Below are positions 23,501 through 32,500 of a DNA stretch of 50,058 bases, one piece after another (within the stretch, counting starts at the first letter, position 1; every line of letters starts with the position of its first letter). The notes under the pieces are model-generated. The model worked only from the letters and a program-made list of their open reading frames with translations, did no database searches and was not told where the DNA came from. Source of the DNA: Priapulus caudatus (Eukaryota); NCBI RefSeq assembly GCF_000485595.1, contig NW_014577085.1:713494-763551 (forward strand). The letters are read 5' to 3'. The position numbers and the translations under genes were made by a program.

Positions 23501-26500
23501 GTTAGTGGTCGTGCCGCCGGCGGCAACAGCCACATGCCGAATGGCCCGAGGCCCAAGAAGCAGCAAAATGTCACGTTTGCTACCGAGAGAGAAGTGATCG
23601 CGGCCAGTGGAGAGGTCTTGACATCACCAGAAGGTATATGGATGTTATGCCTTTGATGCTGGTGAAGATATAATGCTTATTAATGCCTGGATGTAATCGT
23701 CCCTCGCGAAGCACTTGGGCATTTTTGCAGGCAATGGCGCCTGACTTCAAGTATTGATAGAATTTTACTAGGTATACTATAGACATTCGTTCTGTTCATC
23801 GAAGAGGCTGCAAAGTCACCTGGTCTTTTAAGAACCAACCACACTGTGGTAGGCATACTTGCTCGAAAATCGCAAGAACTCTGGTTGTTCAACGAAGGTC
23901 ATAGTCCAAATGTTGGAGGTTGAATATCGGCTTATATTTAAAGAATGGACGTCCTGCTACTAGTGATGTCACGATCATTGGTTGAACAGTGGCTCGAACC
24001 AAGCGCTTGGTTATCAAAATCCATAATCGATTTCATCGAAAAATAAAATAAAAATAAAATGAAAATTTCGAAAAAGTGATGAGAATCAGAGATATCATCG
24101 CTACTATACAAGTTATCCTGTATAACACACATGTATTATACACACAGTAGTAAACAGTGCAAAACAAACAGTAAACAGGGCTAAACAAGCACATACATGC
24201 ACACACGTACATGCACACGACGTTACGCACACGCAGGCATTCAACACCCCGTGTAACCGATTGTAACCGATCATCGGTTACTTGGGTCCAACCGATGATC
24301 GATTACGAAATTACAACCGATTGACAACACTACCTGCTACTGTATATAACTGGTTTAATGTGTTGCAGTTCAGCAAGACAGCGATTCCAGTGCAGTTCCC
24401 ACTTTTTCCTGGCTGCTGAAGTTGTTCAGAAACCCAAATCCTGGTGCGAAGCCATTTGGGTCTGACGAGAACCTCGCTGAGAATGATGACAACGAAGAAG
24501 AGGATGTGGATGAGCAAAACACTGATGCAGTCAGAGGCCTGAGGAGGAGGTCGTCTTTTGGAGGAGCACTAGGGTGAGGAGTATTTCTTAGTTTAGGAGC
24601 TTATGTCAGGTGAACGTTTGATCTGAGTATAGGTGTCAAGTAGGCAACTTAGCTGCAAGAGATGTACTCGATGTGTGAGGCAGTTATCATTTAGAACGAT
24701 GGTTTAATTAAAATAAATTTAAACAAAGGCAGTAAAGTCTTTGTAAGGTGACAGCTAGGTTCCAGCTGTGACAATTCTCTTACAGTAAGGAAAATCCTTA
24801 CGTGAATTCAATTATCTTACAGTGAGAGGGGTGGAGGAGCATCTCAACATAGTGGTTACTAAATAAATAAATACATTTTTAAACTATCAAACTGATAATA
24901 ATGGCTTAGCTTATAAAATCTGTGCATTATTTGAGTGTGTAAGTGTACAGTTTTCTAAATTACGTGAAAATTTGGCATATTGCTATATTTTACTGAAACA
25001 TAATATGATTGCATTTTTCTCCCCAAATTAATTTTACGACCACCTAATAAAACATATCTCACATATCTCAGCACGCGTGCGATATACAGTTCTTACATTG
25101 TGATGCTCGTGTGCATCCCACTCGCGTGGTTTAAGCAAATTACGAATGTCGTAAACATTAAGCGGCATCATGTCAGTGCAGTCTATAATGTAATCTTACC
25201 TGCTCGATGCAGAGAGGATTCTGCCTTCGAGACAGAGGATGTTGACTTAAGAAACTGCCAGTGCAACGAGGTTTTGGCATATGTCTACCCACAGTTGGTG
25301 AGGCACTGGCGGGCGGCCGGTCGCAGCGGTAAAACTGTGCACGCTCTGACTGAGGCTGGAGCTGCCGGCATCGCCACCGGTGCCTGTGCGCAGGTACTCA
25401 TCACTATCAGTTAATGCCGCTCACATCTGTACCCAGCAAGGTGGATGTGTGCATCGGCAACATGCATACATGCAGAGATTTCACTGTGAAGGATCAATGG
25501 GAACAGACACAATAGGTCGATGTGTTAAATAATTCAACATAACTGTCATAATTTTACGTATTAATTAGTGAGGTTAGTACAGGGATTTATGAAATTATTT
25601 GCTTTATTAAATGTACTATGTTGTTGTTTGCTATATGTTTACTATAGTTACACTTCACGTGCTAAATCTTAGTAGCCTAGCTGATTGAACGTAGTCTGTT
25701 ACTTGGCGTTCTGTCGCGTCTGTGTAGAACTTTAATTGTTGAATTTTACTAGCTGTATTCTTGTTAAAAATACAATATTTGGCCAATTACTATTTGCATT
25801 AATGTAATGATGCATGTTTTCATAAAAGCTTAACATGGTAGAAAGCTAACTGCATGCAGCTACACTGATTCAGCAAATATAAGATGCTAGCAGATGGGAT
25901 TTTTTTTATTGCCTGGACATCTCTGTAAGAGTTATATTGATCTGGCACTTGTGGGGTTTATACCTCTGGCTATGTTTATGGAATAGAGCTGAAATATGCC
26001 TGGTGCGAACTGGTGCATGTTGCTATACAGTGTTATTATGAGACATGCAGTGATGCCTATATGATTTCCAATGTTCCCAAAACACGTTTTTGCATGTCTT
26101 TCTTCATAATAACAGACAAAGGGCTTATCCACTGACTGCTCGTCTTATATTAAATTGAAACGAGTTTAGTAGGTGCAAAATAAACGGGGTTATTCACCCA
26201 ATTTAATGTTCTGTTACAATACACACATATTTAGATACATGGTGACATAAATAGACAGGTATGGTCACACAGCAATGCAGAAAACTAGTGTGAAACACAA
26301 TTTCACACTGCGGTGTTATTTCTGCATTGCCAGGCGCTTTCCCATCTCTATGAAGCAGATCAGCTCATTAAGGACAATGTTGCCCAGAAGAATGCTGAGG
26401 AGGAGGCAAAATGGACCGCGCTCGAGGAGGGTAAGGAGATAGTGGAGGAGAATCTACTGTTGAAGAAGCCTCTTGATGACATAGCCATCACAGTTCTGAG

Positions 26501-29500
26501 CGAAGGCAGAGTGCAGAGTCTTATTGGACAGGTACAGCCTACATGACCTGGTGACCTGTGACGTCACACAACCCCTTGGCTAACTACGAACTCGCTTATT
26601 GCCAGCTTAAGTTGTTGACACTTTACTACTTTAGAAGTTAGATCTAGTAATACATTACACCCCTGCCAATACATAATAAAGTGTGTGTAGATTCTGAACA
26701 AATTCTACTACTCCATTTCAATTTATCTGTTTTATACAATTTCTCGCAAAATATGTCCATCTCCCTAAACGTACGTGGTCCACATGTTATTTTCCCAAAG
26801 GCTTTGCTGGACAGTGGGAGGCACGACGAGGCAGAGGGGCACTTCCTAGCATCGTTGAAGGCACTGGGCTGTCCCCAGCCAACGAGTATGGCCAGCACTC
26901 TGGCAAAGATTGTTAGTGAGCTGATTAGGCAGTACCTGCATCGGGAATACCTGGGGAAGTTCTTTTCCACCTGCAGGTGAGTGAGTGGCTCAAAATGTTA
27001 CCTCGTTTATTTAGCATCATGTGTCAAAGATATTATGAGGAGACGTCGTGGAACTGTAATGTGCTAGCTGCTTACTATTACGTTTATATCCAATACATCT
27101 GCCTTACATTATGATCTATCCCAGTGCATGGTTTTAAATTTAGTTAGTGCAGCCCTCCTGGGACTATCTAGGAGCCACTAAGAGACAAGTGGTACGTGTA
27201 TACAGTGTCCGTGTAGGGACCATTATGTATGAGTTTATGGAGCCATAGGGTCAGTGGCATAAAACAAATTTGGAGACCACTGATCTAGCTTTTATGTGGA
27301 AGTTGCCTACCCCACTACTCGTGAGCTTCACTAAAGAAGGTGGGAACTTTCTAATCTAGATTTTAAGAATTCAGCTAGAACATTAACGGTTGGTCCTTTT
27401 TTGTTTAGCCACCTCCATGAAACACTGATGCTTTAATAACGTGTGCTGTGAATGAAAGACATCAATGAATTATAAATATAATGAATCATTTTGCTCCATT
27501 ATACACACATCCCCATTCTCACCACACGCCAGTACCTACAACTATGACTACCTGGTCGAACACACCCGCTGCCTGTCGAACCTGTGGCAGGTGTACGAAC
27601 AGCAGAACAGGAAGCAGAGATGCTACTTAGCAGCACTGCAGGCTGTCAACATCGCTGAAGAGGTCGGCAAGGATTTTCACCAGGTGAAGCCTAGCTCACG
27701 GTGTCGCAGCATTCGACTTCCGTGCTTATACGTATTTACGTACTATGTGTAGAATCTGAATGTGTTAGATGTATGTGAGGTCATATATTAGATGTATAAT
27801 ACGTGTTACCATAATGATTTTGTATGTAGATACCAGTTCGCCTGCCGCAACTTGGCGATTGGGCAACTTGTAAATTGGACTTGTATTTAAAGAAAATGTA
27901 GTTTCTTTCGCATCTTTGATATCATGTACGTTGGCTTCTCTAGAATTTATTTGGTAGTTTCGTGTCTTCTTCTTTAGAACTTATTTAAGCTTTTTTTACC
28001 CTGGAACCATTTTGATGGTTTTCCTTTTGTGTGATAGTATCTATTATTTTGTGTCCTCATTCTGCCGCTAACGATTTATTCAATTTTGTCAAAACGTTTG
28101 TGTGCAGTATCATGGCTGCAATGTGTTTTTAAAAGTCGTTAATCATTGCCTGCACTGTAATGATTATTGCCTGACTTCTACTCGCAGTTGATAATTGCCT
28201 ACACTTTAATGATGGTGACATGCAGCAGCAGGTGTGAGCATGAGAAAGTGGAGTTATACGAAGGATTGGCTATGAAGAGGTAAAATCTCCCACATTTATT
28301 ATTGCTACTGAATGCGATATTGATTGCAAATGTCTATTTATGACGCACACTGATACACTGATACACAGTTAACTTCAGATTTCAGATTCTTTATTTAGCA
28401 CATAACTTTGTTAAACAACAATACAGCTAGTGTATGATAGTTATAACGTGAGATTACAAATAAAAAAGAATAGTGAACTTACTAACAAATGAGTGCTGTG
28501 AGGGTCAAAGTAGCACTAGGCTTTCGAGTCGACCCCCACGTAAACTCATCTAAAAGTTGTCAAGTTGTGTCTTTATAATGTATAAGACAAGTGGAAAACT
28601 ATATTTAAAATTAGAAAATTAATAGGCCAATTTACCTGTAAGCTATTTAGAAAGGATTAGGATTAATTTTGGGAAATATCACATTTCTGTTATAAATTAT
28701 TATGTAAGCATCCAAGTAGCTTCTAGTATCACCTTTAATTACATATATTATTTCAATCATTTTAGCATGATCACTTAGTGTGATTCCAGTTGGATTCAAA
28801 ATGACTCGGGTTAAAAATTCATGGATGATAACTTAAGTGAACTTTGTTATAAAATGTTCACAATTTATAGTTATTATAATCATGGCTGTAACAATATATT
28901 ATATATTGTTATGGGTGAGCTGTGGCAATATAGGCTCGAAGTATAAGGTTGTGGGATGCGTTATGATTACATAATGAGGACATCATTAATAATAATGGAT
29001 GCTATTGTAGGTGTTATGTGCTACAAGACACACTGGAGGCAGACGACATGGCAACAGTTGCCCATATGTTCAGTGAGAGTTTAGAAGCTAGCCTTATGAC
29101 TGGCAGGATTGATCAAGCAATCAAGTCTGGTACATATGGCTTTCTTTTCCTTCTTATTTTTATCATAATTATGATAACACACAAAGGTGTCTAAATTAGT
29201 TCTTCTTACTGGAAATCCCAATAAAAGAAAAGCATTATGTATGAAGTCGTACATAAACCAACTTTAGAGTTAGCTATAGGTTGTGCCAATTAAGTGATAG
29301 GTGGAGTAGTATATTACTTCGTAGAGTGTGCACATCATTTGTTCTACCGCTCCTTGATGGTTTCCTTGTGTAGGAATGAAGGCTAATAAGATAACAGATA
29401 GGCTACGAGATAGCATGATGAAGCTAAGGGCTCAGCCTACACTTGCACGTTCTCTTATTCTTGCTGGAAGGTATGTTTTATGGACTATATGTTAAAAAAT

Positions 29501-32500
29501 TATCTTAAAAATCTTTGCTTAATTGCGCGTAAAGTAAGCAGGGCAGTACACAGCACAGAGTAGTGTACATGAGCACAGTAGAGGACCTGTCATTACCCAG
29601 ATTGTTTTTTTGACTGAACGTCATTATTTGTAGCCAGGGTTTTAATTGGGCAGTATAGAGATGTGCCATGACATAAAATTTGAAAGAGATAGGTAGGTAA
29701 AAAAAATTCTCACTGTATCTTGTCTATTTTCACGGGTACTCATGTCAGCCGCCTGCATGTTGTCTGCTAAACAGGTACTCAACCTGCGTAGACATCCTTC
29801 ACGGACTGCTGTATGCTGCTGGCAATGCAGGGGACACCACTGGCCAAATTTGGTACTATGCTGGTTGCTTTGATATCGCCCTAGAAGCAGGTAAATGTTT
29901 ACTATGGTTAGGCATCCAACTGCGTTTTTGTTTATTGTTCGCTGTATCTCAAGGCAGAAAGAACCTATTTGTAAGAATTACGCTGTCTACTATAGTGATA
30001 TGCCAATGGTAGCTTTTCTAATAACAATATGTCCCACAGCTAGGCTAAACCTTAAATCTCATTCATTTCGTTACTCTCACTAATTTATCAGACTAAAAGT
30101 TATTGGTAGCTTGATTTCTGTTAAGTGAATGATGCTAAAGATAAATATGAGAATCAAAACTGCCTGTCATCACTGTTTCTTGGCCAAGTGAAACTGTATG
30201 CTTTTGCATGACACTTTGATATAGTCAGCTATTACATTTGCAAGAGTATGCCTGCTAGATGTGACTACTATGTGCTTGCTTGCATTTATGTAAATTAAAT
30301 GTGAATCAATTGAGAGATATTTTTGAAACGAGATTTCAAGGGAAGGTTTCATCAATCAGATTTCTGTATATACTATTTCTCAGGGTTTCAGGTTGAAACG
30401 TTTGATGACTGCAAGGAGTTTGTGTGCTCGTCTGTGATTGCCGATATTACCTTCTCACCTTCTCCTATACCAAAGTTCATCCTAATGGCATGCATGGCTC
30501 TCTGGTGAGCACATCACAAGGCATACCTCTCGACTTGAGAAAAGAGTGGTATTTGTATCCACCTTTTGAGGGGAGGCACATTCGTATACGCCTCAGAGAA
30601 TTGTTGTTTGCATGTAAATCAGAGGATGGGGTGTACACATAAGAAGGGAAGAGTGTTAAGATACACCTTAGAAGGAAAGGGTGTTGATATACACCTCCAA
30701 AGGAAGGGGTGTTCATATACATCTCAGAAAGGGGGTGTTTATATACACCTCAGAAAGGGGGGTGCTTATATGCACCTCAGAAAGGGGGTGGGTTCAAATA
30801 CACCAGAAAATGGGTGTATATATGCATCTCAGAAGGGAGAGGTGTGCTCATATACACCTCAGAAAGGGAAGTGTGTTCATATACACCTCAGAAAGGGAGG
30901 TGTGTTCATATACACCTCAGAAGGGAGGTGTGTTCATATACACCTCAGAAAGGGGGTGTTTATATGCACATCAGAAAGGAGGGTGGGTTCAAATACACCA
31001 GCAAAGGGGTGTATATATGCATCTCAGAAGGGAGAGGTGTGCTCATATTATATACACCTCAGAAAGGGAGGGGTGTTCAGATACACCTCATGAGGGAGGG
31101 TGTTCAGATACACCTCAGGAGGGAGGGGTGGTCCGATGCACCTCAGGAGGGAGGGGTGTTCAGATACACCTCAGGGGGAAGGGGTGTTCAGATACACCTC
31201 ATGAGGGAGGGGTGTTCAGATACACCTCAGGAGGGAGGGGTGGTCAGANNNNNNNNNNNNNNNNNNNNNNNNNNNNNNNNNNNNNNNNNNNNNNNNNNNN
31301 NNNNNNNNNNNNNNNNNNNNNNNNNNNNNNNNNNNNNNNNNNNNNNNNNNNNNNNNNNNNNNNNNNNNNNNNNNNNNNNNNNNNNNNNNNNNNNNNNNNN
31401 NNNNNNNNATCCAGGTGTAGAGACTGTAATGTTGACTGATATCGCTCACTGCGCCCTCACGTTTATACACCATGGATTCAGGCGTGATGTTGTGTTTACG
31501 TGTACATGACCGCCATCTATTAATCAATAGCTTTATGAATTTTCACTTTCACTTTTTAAAATGTTTGTTGTCAGCCAGAACACCTCCAGACGTGCTGATT
31601 CTGAAAATATCATTAGGTTTCCTCTAGGCTGCGGAGTTCTCTAGTAATGCGCGAACACACAAATTTTGCCTGAACAACTTATATATATAGATATATATTT
31701 ATAATATGCCTACTCTGCTGTGCTTGCTGTTTCATTGTTTGATATATGTTTTAACAGACACGGGCTTGACTCAGTGCCAACAGCTCACACTTACTACTTG
31801 GAGAAGGCATGCACAGCCATGTAGGCAGCTGTGAGGTTCTCTGGCTCCACTCGCACGCACGCACGAACCATATCTCTGCTCGTCCAGGCCATCTTACGTG
31901 AGTACCGTGACAGAGAAAAGTCATCGAACGTGACCATCCACACTCTTGTCATTCGTCATGTGTGAGCAAAGATCCGATCATCTAAGCTTCAAGGAACACA
32001 CGATACCACAATATTTAAACACCATCAATACACACGATACGGGAACGTGAATGGAACGAGTGCAGCTTGCAACGTGGCCTCACATCCGCTGAGCGACCAA
32101 AATCCATCGGTTATCGGTTAGTTCCTACCAGCATCAATTTTGATCAAGTGTAATTGTATTACTCATCTTCATTCGAATCTTCTAAATGGCGACTGGTTCA
32201 CTAATTTTTTAGCATGACAAGAAAGCGGTTTTCTTACCACCGTGTCTATTCAGATGTATCCTGTATACTGCTATATCTTCAATGAATTTTCAGGTGTAAA
32301 TGAACAAACTCCTTTCAATGACATCTCATCGATTTATACAAGTTACGCAACGGTTGGAGTGCCAATCGACCTGCATGTAAATTGCCTAGCGCAGTACGCA
32401 TGTTATAGGATTCTCTGGCATCGCACCAGCTGTGTGAATCTACGGGATCCATTTTCTGACTAATGACATGATATGGCATCCCTCCTCTAACGATATACGC

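Noticed and set aside
30566..31509. 175-266 aa ORFs
   Set aside because: Translations of a minisatellite and an N gap
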